Shown here in pieces: positions 26,454 to 48,600 of a stretch of 64,000 bases of DNA. Position numbers and translations under genes: made by a program. Position 1 is the stretch's first letter, and every line of letters starts with the position of its first letter. The notes beneath the pieces were generated by a model that saw nothing but the letters and a program-made list of their open reading frames with translations, was not told where the DNA came from and searched no databases. Source of the stretch: Tubiluchus corallicola (taxonomy: Eukaryota; Animalia; Priapulida); contig JAQGDQ010000009.1 in assembly GCA_030141605.1 (NCBI GenBank), positions 1,116,001-1,180,000 on the forward strand. Reading direction: 5' to 3'.

Positions 26454-28296
26454 AGATATCACTTTGACAACGAAAGTAATGTGGCACGATAATAACATTT
26501 CAGTAATATTTTATCTGTTTTGCAACGTGTCAACCTTTACTGACTCTTAAGCAGTCTCGGGCTTTGAGAAATATAGTTAATCTTCTGCTAACCTTTAATG
26601 CAAACTAACGACAGTGTAAGTGCAAATCAATGAGTTTCTTCGTTTTGAGAAGAAACAGTGCTGTTTTACATTTCCCTTTTTCATGGTTTCTTTGCTTGTG
26701 ATTCTCTTTAATTGTTCTATTTTGTTTTGCTCATTGACGATTATCTTATTAGTAAACACTGAGTCATACTAGAATTGAGTACTAGCAAACGTGAACAATT
26801 TTTTTGTCATCAAACTTTATGCTAACTTAGTTTTAACAGATTTTTAGCATTACTTTGCACAGTCTGTTGATTTGTGACATAAGGTTATTTTGTGAACTAA
26901 TTATAATTGAAAAGTAAAAACATTACTTAGTTTCATAAGAACAGCTAATGAATTCATCAACAGTTTAATAAAAGATACGTTTTGTTGTATAAAATGTTCT
27001 TCATTATTTTACTGCAGTGTTAACCATTTCTAATAATTATTGTAATTGTTGTAATTATTGTAATAGTTTGCTAATAATATAATTTTGAAAGAGAAATAAA
27101 CACTTAAGCTCTGTTAGTTAGTTAAGCTCTGCTAGCACTGAGAATTGTTTCTACACTCCTTGAAATGGGAAGTGTAATCACTGAACAGTTTAGTATGTTG
27201 CTTATTTGAGTGTTACTAAATAAAGAAAGTTTCGTAATGGTCTAATGGAGAGATGCATATACAGGCAGGACAGACAGCTAAAATTTCTAGTGTTTAGTCT
27301 AAACATAATTTACCAAGTTTAGGTGAAACAGCAGCTACGAAATTTGTATCATTTGTTGCCTAACGTTATTACATGTATTACTATTACATTTGTGGGATAG
27401 TATTCTTTTAGTGTGACTAAATTCAAATTCTTGCTGAATTATTCCTGAAGTTATGACAAAAATAAGTATTATCTACATGGTATGTGTGCTTGTAAACTGT
27501 TACAATACTGTATGAAATCTCCATCATCTTACTAGCTATCATATACCACAGCATAAATCCTTGTAAAGTGATACCTACTCTGTGCTAATCTAAGAAAGCT
27601 CATCATTTTATGTGAATGAGAAAGTATTTTCAAAAAGAACTGATTACAGGTACTTCATTGTCTCATGTATAAAACTGCAATATGCTATATGTGCAACACA
27701 TTTCTTTGTTCAGACTGCTTTGAAGTACTTTTTAAAGCACTATAGTATGATAGCTATTGTGTCCGTTAAATTATTAGGGAAAGGGATTTAGAACTCAAAA
27801 AACTCGGATCGATGATGAAAAAGCAAAACTTTTCACTTCATCGCTAATTTTATTTTTCTGTTTTGGAAAATATACTAATTAGATGAGTAAATATTTTAAA
27901 CTCTAATTGAGGATTAAACTGTTTTTTAGATTGCAGCATTATGTTTTCCCAATTCATGTTCTTTTTCATTCCTATTTATTTATTTATTTCTGTATAATTA
28001 AATACGCATACATATGCATTTAAGCTATTTTTCTTCAGTTATAGACTAAATAATGATAGGAATATAATATTTGTTCTGATAGACTAGTGTGAATAATGAA
28101 ATTTTCTTACCAAAATCAACTAGATCAAAAGCTGCTAATCAAATGAGCAATTGGACATATTTTTACCAGAGTATCAATTATGCTTCCCAGTAAAAGGTTA
28201 TTAATCAAAACTGATTACTAATTTCATCATTTGGAAATGATGGAAATACTTCGTAAGTGTTTTTGTTGCAGAAATTTTTCTCGCCGTGGCTTAATC

Positions 28297-37071
<8,775 letters not shown>

Positions 37072-37274
37072 CATTAAATAAATATTGCAAACAACTTGCA
37101 CGAGAATGATTTGTTTTACAACGTAATCAGTACTACCCAAATTACAGGAGATGATCTGCACGAATACATCTGCTATTGCCAAGGACTATTCCAATAAGTT
37201 CAGCAACACTCATAGATTTAAATACTACACATACCAGAGAGGGTTGCTAGCCTTTTGCGAAAAATAAGGCCATC

Positions 37275-37552
37275 ACATTCTAATACAAATTCTATTGTCT
37301 GTTGTATAGCAAACCAGGGGCACCCTGTTCTCTTACCAATTCTACGGTTTGTTGTATGATAAACAATGGTTTGTTGTATGATAAACAATGGGCACCATGT
37401 TGTAATAGAAATTCTATGGCCTGTTGTATGGCAAACAATGGGCACCATGTTCTAATAGAAATTCTATGGCCTGTTTTATAGCAAACAATGGGTGCCATGT
37501 TCGAATGCAAATTCTGTGGTCTGCTGAATTGCAAACAATGGGCACCATATTG
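37275..37552 (+). repeat. 50-bp minisatellite, about 5.5 copies, just downstream of the PRMT3 stop
   Basis: Unit approximately caaacaatgggcaccatgttctaatagaaattctatggcctgttgtatag, with an internal partial duplication (tttgttgtatgataaacaatgg). Confidence 0.9.
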
Positions 37553-40035
37553 TACAAAAGAAAACTACATTCGATTGTATGCCAGAAAAAACTTTTGAGT
37601 GACTCGCCTTTGATCTATTGGTCGATATGCAGGCTAGCAATCTTTGTAGCAATGCACTTTGCATTTGTGTGGCACTTAATCTATGGCAGCAGTGCAGAAG
37701 ATCCATTATAAAACAGTTTCTTCCCCGTGATAATTTTACATGGTCGGCAGATTAACAGCTGGTACCATTTTTATTTTAAAGTCTGGGATCCCTGGATGCA
37801 CTTTTGAACAAGCAACTCCCCTGTAGAGCTACGAGATCCGCTATATAATGCCATCTTTAAACTATTCTTATGGTGTTTTCTAGTTAAATAAGTTGTAAAT
37901 AAAAGATTTGGCTGCTTTCATTCACTTTTAAGCTAATTTGTTAAGAGATTATGTTTTGTTCTGCATTTTAATCGATCATGTGGTACAAATACGAAGTTGT
38001 GAGACATTATCAAATAATTTATGCAATCCACATGGAATTTTGAATTTTTGGTATTTGCTTAATCAATTAAAAGTTGTGTTGCTAAAATATTTAGTTTATA
38101 ATAGAGACATATAATTGAGTAGTTGAAGTTTTTTAATAACATATAATAATTACTATCTTGTATTTTGCCAATTTTCTGCTAAATTGCTACCAATTTGTTA
38201 TTGGAAAATATTTTATTCTTACTTTTCTTAACCCTCAGTTTGCTATATGCTTTATGGTTTTGCAATTATAATAATGCCATTATATTCTGTTCATCTTTGT
38301 ATATATAGTTTTAGATTTAATATGCTGCCTTGCTCTTAATTAAAAGTAATGCCATTGCGTAGATTCTTTGGTAAGATTTTCTCATTTGTGGCTTTAGTTA
38401 AAATATCTGAAGTAGTTTAGCAGTGGTTTTTTTTGGAAAACATTTATGCTTATAGGTTCTTTGAAATGTGTAGCTGGTTTGTATTTTGATCAGTATTTAT
38501 GATAATTATTTTTGTAAGTATAATTTAAATAAATGATTATTCGACTATTGTTATGAATGTTTTGCAGTCGGTTGTATTTTTGTAAAGGCAACATTTTTGT
38601 AGCTTCAGTGCATATATTTCTTCTCATAATTCCTGGCAACGTAGAGCGTTTACTCAAGTCTTGGAGAAAAAGCTTGATTTATGCAGCAAAGCTTTGCCTG
38701 GTCATTTGCATGCCAGCAATTGAACCAGAGATCCGTCTTTTAAAACTGATGAGGCTTTATTTTAGCCAATTATTATTATCTTTACATTACCTTTAGTGGC
38801 ACGTATTGCTTAACTGAAATATGAAGTACTGTTTCCAATAACTGATTCGGTGACACATTTTTGAGACATCCTGAACAGTATATTTTGTCAAATTAAATTT
38901 TTTTGGCATAATTTTTTCTGGGTACATAATCACAAAATAACTGAAATATGCAAGGCTGTAATACAAGATAATACAAACAAGTTTGGCATTGCAAACTAAA
39001 ATAAAATAAACTAAGAGATAACATTTACAGGTTAGTAAAAAACAAAATTACACAAAAAACTGTCAAATGTACACAAAATACAACTAATACGTTGCAAGCA
39101 CGAAAATGAATGTGGCATATTTATACAACAAACATGGCTCTAAATAACTAAAAATGAAAGTAATGTAGATTAAACCATAAACGACATTGAAATACAAAAA
39201 GCAGGGGGATACCAGTTTAAAGTTTTCACATATTTATCACAGTCATGGCTTGTTTCACACAGATTTCTGATTTTCAGAAATTTTATGCTTTATATTACCC
39301 ATCTGCATAGAGATATGCAGTAAATGTACAACTGAACACACAGTACCACAGATATTTGAAGCACCAAATGAACCAAAAACTAATTGAGGCTGAGAAATAA
39401 AACAGTTTACAGTAAATTTTCACTACAAATCCCTTTTTACAACAAAGTTATGTACAATTAAATGAACTAAAAAATGACAAAGTCACACTGTAAGATAACT
39501 GCAAATGGAACAAGTATTAAGGAATAACGTAATATGAGCTGTGTGGTCAGTGATAGTGTAAAATGCTAAAATAACAGCATGGCATAAATGCTTAAAAGGA
39601 CCACAAAAAACTATTCAAAATAATTAACTGAGGAAGAATTGCTGCATAATCTTGTTCATATAATTTTCGCAATAAACAAAAAGACACTACTTTTTTAGCT
39701 TGGACTTCAAACACAAAACCTACTCTCAAAATTGTAGTGATAATATTACAATATTATAAGTATAAAACACTGCAAAAGGATACTTTGCTACAAAAAGTAC
39801 TAATTGTGAATAATTTACTATCAATAAACAACACATTAACATGTTACGATATGATACAGTATCACAAATAAACACAAAGTTTTAAATAACAAAATCACAA
39901 AATATATAAATGGCATAATTTCTATAACAAGTATAATTACATTTAAACAAAGGCTTTAGATGTACAATGTACAACAAAGCATTTTTCCCAATCGTAAAGT
40001 TACCTTAAAGTCATTTTTCACAAAATTAAAAAAAA

Positions 40036-42514
40036 TCAGTCCATATAATCTATAGCTTGATGTTGATGTTTTCTGTTCGTAAGATGCTTGTTGACCTCTA
40101 AGAGACTTTCCATTGTAACGTTGCACAACTCGCACTTGACTGGGTTGTCAATTAACTCTAGTTTTCTGTAACATATGCAACAGCAATAACTGTATCAGAA
40201 ATATCACATCACGACGCAAATGAGCAGCTTAAACGTGTCATGCATGTAATTAGGAAGTGTGAGTTAAAGCCATTTACATCATAAAATTTTCAACAGCTTG
40301 GGTAAAATGAAACAAAATAAATGAAACTTTCATTTTAAAGAGCCTCTAGAATCCATCAAAAAAACATAACTTAAACTAATATTTTTCACAAACTTTGGCA
40401 ACTGCAAACATTGAATGACAAGACCTATTCAATAATCATGACAACACACTGTCACACCAACAACACATTTCCAAATCTACACACCTTGCAATTCCAATTT
40501 CACATTATAGCCGTGCAAAATGGTTCCTTTTTAAAGCTAATCAGTATCACTTTGCAATGACTTTAAACCTAAACAGTAAACACTTTACCTGCTCATTATG
40601 TCTTGCAGCATCACCAGGTTGTCCTTTACCATAGCAGTTCTATCTTCCTCTTCTATACTTTCAGGACCCTCTACATAGATGCCGTTATGATACTGCAGCA
40701 ACACGGATTCCTCGTGAAGGTCGGTGCTGTCCAATCCATGTGGAATCACATCATCCGGATCCACCTAAATCCCAAGGCAATTTTATTAAAGGCTACTATT
40801 CACAGTTGTCATCATTGCTGTAGAACTGTAATTTGAAATTTATCATGAATGACAAGACACTCGATACATCTTGCAATAAAACAAGACATTTTACAAGTGA
40901 GTAGTTCATATTAAAATATTATATGCACAACCTAACATTAATTTTTTTATGTTAAAATCACAGGTTTTTTTCCAATATACATCATTAGAAAATACAGTAT
41001 GCTTTGCTTAGTAAATCCACCTTGATGGGAAGCTAAATGGCCTTATTAAGCAGCTGGATTTACAAACCTATTAAGTAGCATTTTCTAAGTTATGACAGCA
41101 TATATTGTTCATTAAAAAGCCATCACTTTTAATACTCATGTAAGGTACAATAATTTATTGGCATTCGTATTGTTTATCTATGATGCCATTATCATTTATA
41201 GCTGATAAGTTGCTTTCAAAGTTAAGAAAGTTAAGTGTAATATATATAATTTTTAATATCAGCAGTCATTTATTTGAACCACTGACATTCTTGCACAGAA
41301 CAGTTTATTAGTAAGAATTAGCATGTTTGTTTAACTTATCTAAGAGGAGATCAGTTCTTTTGTCTGACTGATGCTTCTACATTGCAAAGAGTAAATTAGA
41401 CTGCTAAAAACAAAGAATTAAGTAGAAAAAATGGTGTAAAATGTGCTTAGAACAAAGATGCTGATCTAGTTCAAGTTAAAACGGGATCTATTATCCGGGG
41501 TCAATTAAGTGAATTCTACTGTAATAGAAACCTTTACTTCTAAACTCTTTCAAAATTCATAAGCTATGTCTAGCTAGTCTCAATATGATTTGCATTGCTA
41601 GAAACTTGCTTGTCAAAATTAAATATATCATGGCTCCCACTAGCTTAACTGCTACATGTTTGTAGATACATTAATATATTAGCACAGATTTGATCTAATT
41701 AATCAAATATTTCGTGTGCCGGTTACCTGGTTCCACCTGTATGGCTTCAAGAACATCGTAGGTTCAACAGATTCTCTTTGCTTGTGCTGGAAAAGTTGGA
41801 GAAGTTTATCACGTGCCTTCTCCTGATGTCTGGTCAGTCGACCCGAACTCCAAGTTGCAATGTTATTGTGACTCTCCATAACTAGATTGATGGCTCCTCT
41901 AACAGCATTAATCTAAAATATTTAAATAAATGTACTGTTTTCAATTAATCTAAGGTATTTTTGAAGTCAATTTTACTCAAAATATTTAACTAAGCTAAGA
42001 AAATCTATTCTAGATATAACTACAGACTACTGCATAAAGCAACTGTGAACTTGTGTAATATTGAATTTAAACACTTTTTGTGTGTTATTCTACAATATTA
42101 GGTACCTACTAGAAGACTTGGTGTTTCAGATACTAGAACATCTACATTAGTATGCAATTTATTAGGCAATGATGATGCTACCTACAGTAAGAGGTGTCCA
42201 GGATCAGTAACAATATTAAGTGAAATGCAAGAAATGTGCAAATCGGGTAGGATTAACTGCATGAACTGCCATTTCTGTAGACATGTTTTATTCAGAATAT
42301 TCTTAAATTTGGCGACAGCAAAATAAAATAGCTTGGTAATATAAGTTCCCAACTGAGTTACACCAAAGTATTAAAAATGGTTCTCCCACAAAGCATGTGG
42401 GTTTATCGAAGTAGCATGCGATAGTGACAGGGCTACTTAAGGTGTTATCCCTGGACCATGTCCTAAACGAAATTATTATTATTGTTGTTGTTGTTGTTGT
42501 TGTTACTGTTATTA

Positions 42515-42610
<96 letters not shown>

Positions 42611-45600
42611 TGTTTCAAAGTGTTTCCATTAAGTTACAGCTATCAGTGAGTTAAATAAGCCTATCTATTAACAAGCAATTGCAAAATTCAGTCATCCACT
42701 TCAGCTCACTCTTTCACTTTTAGCATCGTCATTCTGACAAACATTCACTGTAACAAACATTTTATGTTTTAGTGGTTATACAAGAGTATTACAGCAACAG
42801 TGTACCCTTAACAGATCTTCAATTGTAAACTCCGTATCAAACATGACTTCCAGGTCGTGATCGGGAAACATCGGATGACCAGTTTGAGGATCAGGTCCTA
42901 AACCACAGACAGCACCAATGTAGCGAGTTTTGTCCCTGTCAGTTCTGAAATATAAAAATGCGGAATGTTGGTTACTATACGGCTACACTGTACATTCTCT
43001 CTTTGTCTGCCATGAGTCTGTATGCACACATAACACTCTCATCATTGGTTTCAGACAAAACAAAAATGCAATAAATATCAACCATATAAAACTTTTTTGC
43101 AAGCGCGAAAATGAAATCTAAACAAGTATTTACATACAGTGCTTTTTATAAAGATGACCATGTAAAAGAACAAACCTTAACTCAGCACTTGGTGTAAATA
43201 ATAGGGCAACTATTGCTGGCAGTCCATGGAAATTTGGCATCAGTGAGGTATGGCGAGCCAGAATATTTTTACCTGCAGTAAGTAAACAGTAGTCACAATC
43301 AGGTAAAAATTAAGTTTAGTGTCAGAAATGATGCTGTATAACAATCACTGACACAACAAAAAGTTTTGCCTTAATCGGCAAAATGTAATTATCTTATAAA
43401 CCTACAATTGTTTGGTTCTAGCTAACAAATTAACAAAAGCAGGTAGCAGTTGTCGGTAAATTTATCATCCACTAATTTCTGTACGAAGTTCATGCATAAT
43501 ATGTGCTTGGAAATGAATGAAAAACTATAGATACTACCGTAATGCATTGAAAACGGACACTACACATTCATTTTAAACAAAGTTTTGATGAAATTTGACT
43601 CCAGTGGTGTTAAAAACAGTCACTGCTTGCAATGTGAGTGGAAATACTTACCACAACTGAAAATCTTATTTTTGCATTCTATTTCCGTGTAAGGAAATGC
43701 ATCACACATTTGTAACTTATAAATCAGCCATTCTTCCAAAAAATGAGAACTCTCTCATTTAAAAAATACATGATTATATCTCTTTAAAAACATTGTTTCT
43801 AAGAAAAAAATTGAAAAATATCGACATAACGAATAATAGACTAAGATTTAATTTAAAATAAAAATATTATGGCTGATACACTGAGAGGAATACAGAATTA
43901 ACTGATTATACCTGATGGACTAAGAGAAATGTTTGCTGCCACGATCAATCGTTTATGTTTATCCTGAGGTTCGTCATCCAACAACACAGAATTTATTGAG
44001 TCGCGCTCGATTCGCACTTGCCTGAAAATATATATTCAATTTACTGAAATATGCTGTACTTTTGATAAACAGACAAAATAAAACTTATTATTTATGATTG
44101 TCTTTGCAAACATGGTAGTTAAACACAAGCCACATATAAAAGATAAAAAATGTTGTATTACCAACTCTTTTCTGCATTACTTTTTACAAAGAGTGCCAGA
44201 ACTAAATATAAGGCATCATCTGCAAATTCACAATTTTTATTTTCTTAAAACCCTTAACGAAATTAGATTTGAATTTAGATAATTTTATTTTCACAACATA
44301 TCACATCACAAGAAGTCATTTACAATCAAAAAAGCAATAAATGTTGGAGGAGAAGGGAGGAGCCTAGCTTTCGAGCCCTTCATCCATGTGTGGAGCAACA
44401 TCATATTAATAATAACATTAATATAAATTAAAAGGATTATATAGGCTTAAATGAGGCTTCACAAAATATACAAGTAAAAATATCTAAAGATAATTATTCT
44501 TGTCAAAACAGACATTAATAATGACTAGTAAATGAGTATTAAGCTAACTAAGTGCACTTAGAAAAGACAACATCAGATGAACTAAAATCAACCATAAGAA
44601 AATCATTCAGCAAAGGATCCAAATTGCTTACAATACAAATCTAATTTACAAATGCATATCTCGACAGCAGGATCTGTTTGAAATATTTGAATTTAAAGAA
44701 ATCTTGCTGAACAACCCTTTGCTCATGCAAGCTGCAACACCAGAAGTCAATTGAGCAATACATGTTTGGTTTAGTATAGGAAATGGATAAGTGGACACGA
44801 GCATCTTTACTGCTCTACTAGGCAGACTGTAAAATTCCTCTAAGAAGCATTTACAAAATAAACATGATTGCAAGTTTAAGGCTCTTTAACTACAGATATT
44901 CAAAGACCTTCGACTTACGCAAAGTATATGACTCATTGATTTTACCGCTAGGACCAAACTTAATTAAGCAATTGATTGAACTAAATTACAACTCTCATTA
45001 CCTTCTATTTTTAAAGCAATTTAACTTTACATTGCCAAGTCTCTTAATAAACTCTGGGTGTCTTTGGGTGTCACCACATTTAGGACATTATTAAACACAA
45101 CACTTTGAGTGCAGGAAGCACTACTTTACAAAAAATGCTAGAATTACTTTAGCAGACAGCAGCTTAATGAACATACAGATTTGACTTGCATCCAGGTAGC
45201 CTCATGACCAGTCGATCAGAACCGAATGTGGTTGTAGGTAGATGACTGATCGTAATCCTGTTTTGTTCAGAAGGCTTTAGTGTAATTACATAAATTTTCT
45301 AAGCCTACAGTGGATTTCAATAAATAATTTTCTTTTATTTAAGAAGATAAAATAATGTGCTGCAAGGTATCAGAGTTTTCTCAAAGTCTCAAAGTGTCGT
45401 TAAGCTTAAATGAGGTAAAAAAAGTACAAAGCTAAAAAAACAAATAAGAAATGCAAGCATGTGTGTCTGTTATAACAGTGAAAGTATAACTGCTTAAGAA
45501 AACATACAGACTTGTAGAGATCATTAAGTGGGATCCTTACCTTGTCCGACAAACGCGAGTCATCCCATATAGTTTCATTTCTAGTGGACTGTGAGGACCT

Positions 45601-48600
45601 TTCAGGCCGATGGTACGGCGACGTTGTTTTGCAGTTTGATTGTAATCGACGTCAATATTAACGTCCTGCCAAGCGGTCTCGTCTGTTGAATACGACTTGT
45701 CAGTCTCGTACGCTTCCTCGCGTTGTTTGTGATTAAGCTAGAAAAAAGCTTGTTAAATTTAATAAACATACAGCTATTTACAGTATAGGAAATCCATACG
45801 GTCATTCAAAACGCTATCAAACTCGAGTCGGTCGGACAGTGTGGACATCGAGAATGACAACGAAATTTGAATGTCATTCAAGTTTGATGACAAAAAGCTG
45901 GTCCTGATTTTCATCAGTGTCAGTCGTCATTCTCGGAACGAGCAGCCAGTAATGATGCGGGCAGATGACTCAACCAGAAGAGCTCATTTATATAATGTGT
46001 ACGTAAATGGCACTCTGTCACTAAAAAAATGAATTATTAACAAACAACAGCAGCATAAATCACATATTGTAAGTGCAAAAATTTCAGTGAGTAAACTCTA
46101 CCTCTGTTTTAAAGACATAATAAGCTTATACAGGGAAATGTATGGAACATTTGCCCATACTGCGAAGACCACCCTGCATTATTTGGAGGGGAAAATTTGA
46201 GTCATCGAATATACTTTTGTTTTTTACTTTTACTTCCAAAATATCTGGTAATACTTCTTTTTTGTTTTCTTTTTTCTTTGATTTCGCTTTCGCTTTATGC
46301 TAAAACAAAGCCCCTTTTCGCACAAGCCTTTTAGTGCTGTTTCAGAAGTGAAGAGAAATTAGAAAACACCACTTTAACAAACAGTCATGTGCAAAATAAC
46401 TGTTAGTGATAATTGATCATGTGGCCAGTGCTTTCAATTTCATTCTTTGAAGTACCGTGTGAACCAGGCAGTACATTTGTTCACTACAATTTTCTCTACT
46501 GACAACAGTGAAAATTCTATTCACATTACCTTTTTTCACAAATATGCATAATCAGCATATTAAATGCACTAATAAACCTTGATCTTAGGGGTGCACCGAA
46601 GGCACATTTTGATCAACCAAACGCAGGAGATTTGTTTATGCTTGGACATCATCGAACTAAGGCTTAACCGAATTATCGATCATGTTGCCGAACCAAATAC
46701 CGCATAAAATATCAAGTTAAATTGAAATATCAATTGCAATCGGACGAAAGCCGAACCAAAGCTTTTACCGAAACTGAACAGAATTTTCTTGTAATTCTAA
46801 TTGAAAAGCAGTGGTGATTGTAAGCTTTGTAAAATTGTTCTGATTACTAAAACTGTGTTTATATTTAATGGTTGACGTTATATAGTAAAGCATTAAGTAT
46901 TTTAAAAGCAGCCCTATTTGTTCAATAGCTATTCAAAATAATTTGTACAATCAACAAAACACAATACTTAAGCAAAACTGCAATAGTACAAATGTTTACT
47001 AGCTCGAGTTCTCATTGATTTATATTGTCGTGTCAAATACAGTACCGCCACATTCATGCGCATTGACATAACTTGTATATCGATAGCGCATCACATTCTT
47101 TGAGTTGTCATACAGAAACAGAAAACAAAATGTTGGCTATTGTGCCGTGTTCGATGTTTACTATCAATTTTTTTCGGATAACATTTTATAAGCATTATAG
47201 GGAAATAATCCGTTTCTTTAATATAATATTCACCAAATATGACAATTGTTAGCAAAATAGCTTTGGTATATCAAAGTTCATCGAACCTTTTATTGACTGC
47301 AACCGAAATTTTCCGAACCGGATCTTCATACTGATATTTGGGGGAAAAATTCAGCGAACTGAATATTCGGTGCATCCCTATGCGATCTAGCCCACAGATA
47401 AAAGTATCAATACCAATCATATTACCAAGATAAATTTTCCCATTCTTAGTTTTCTTCATGTTAGTTACTAATTGGATCTAATCTCATCTCAGTACCACAC
47501 CAATGCAATATGTAAAAACACTATTTATACGTGTAAAAATTAAAGTAAAATAGGTAAAAGTTAAGAAGTGGAAGGTAGTTTCAATTTTGGCATCGTGTAT
47601 GCTCTGAATGCTACAATTTTAGTCATTCTTTACTTATGAATGCTGCAAAACACTGCATTCAGTCTTCACAAACTTGGATTGAAGCATATTCTAGGTTTGA
47701 ACTGTACTTAACTTCACAATACATTGTAGCATTTGTACCTGAGACAACAGATTCTCTTCTGCCTTCTCTGCAAGGTTATTTTTAATCAGAGTATCGTTTA
47801 TACTGAATTTAACACCAGATGGATACTGAATAATCAGCTCTCCCCTGACAACGCCATGAAGAATGGAATAAATCTATCAAAGACAAATATCAATCATTAA
47901 TTCAGCAATCAACATACATATTATGATAAACCAATAGAACTATATCAAATTTAGTTTCATAAACAACAAAAATCAAAGTCAATTTAACAGATAATCATAG
48001 CACACATCTACAGCAGAGAAAACTGAAAAAAAGACTGCAGGAAGGTAAGGAATTAGTTGTACTTTAAAGTACTGTCGTGCTTCCTGAATTTGTGCAACCA
48101 TCTTCACAAATTCTTCTTTGGCTACATCATTCCATCGTCCATCAGGATTAGTTTTCGCAGCTGGTTTGACTTCTGACAGCTTGTACTCCATTGCCTGCAA
48201 TTTTATCAAAAACTTCTTTAGTCATTATTAAAAAATGAGCGCGTAAAAGATATATACAATAAAAAACATGAAAATCAAAAAAAAAATGTCCAAACACCAT
48301 AAACACCAGTACTCATCCCATTTCCAGCAAAAATAAAACCTAACTGTATAAAAATGACCTGAAAAAGACGATCATAGCAATGAAAATATAACACACCTGA
48401 AATGGATATTGTCTTACTGCAAGTGGCATCTGCCTGAGATGATGTATCAGCACTGCCTCGGTGTTACCAAAATCAACAAAGAAGATTTTGACAGTCTAGA
48501 AATAAGGCAGAAATTTGACATTGGTACATAAATATATTAAAGTTTTCAAAATACAGTCAAGACAACATTCAATAGTAGTTGGTGTACTGATTTCAACTCT

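Noticed and set aside
37275-37552. CRISPR-like appearance of spaced repeats
   Set aside because: The whole 50-bp unit repeats with no unique spacers, there are no cas genes, and the context is eukaryotic.
40485-40588. Apparent 20-nt intron followed by an extra TDRD9 exon
   Set aside because: Too short for a normal spliceosomal intron, and the following sequence has stops; splicing to 40165 gives an intact zinc finger.
42424-42654. Poly-Leu/Val 76-aa ORF
   Set aside because: Translation artefact of the (GTT)n/(ATT)n microsatellite.
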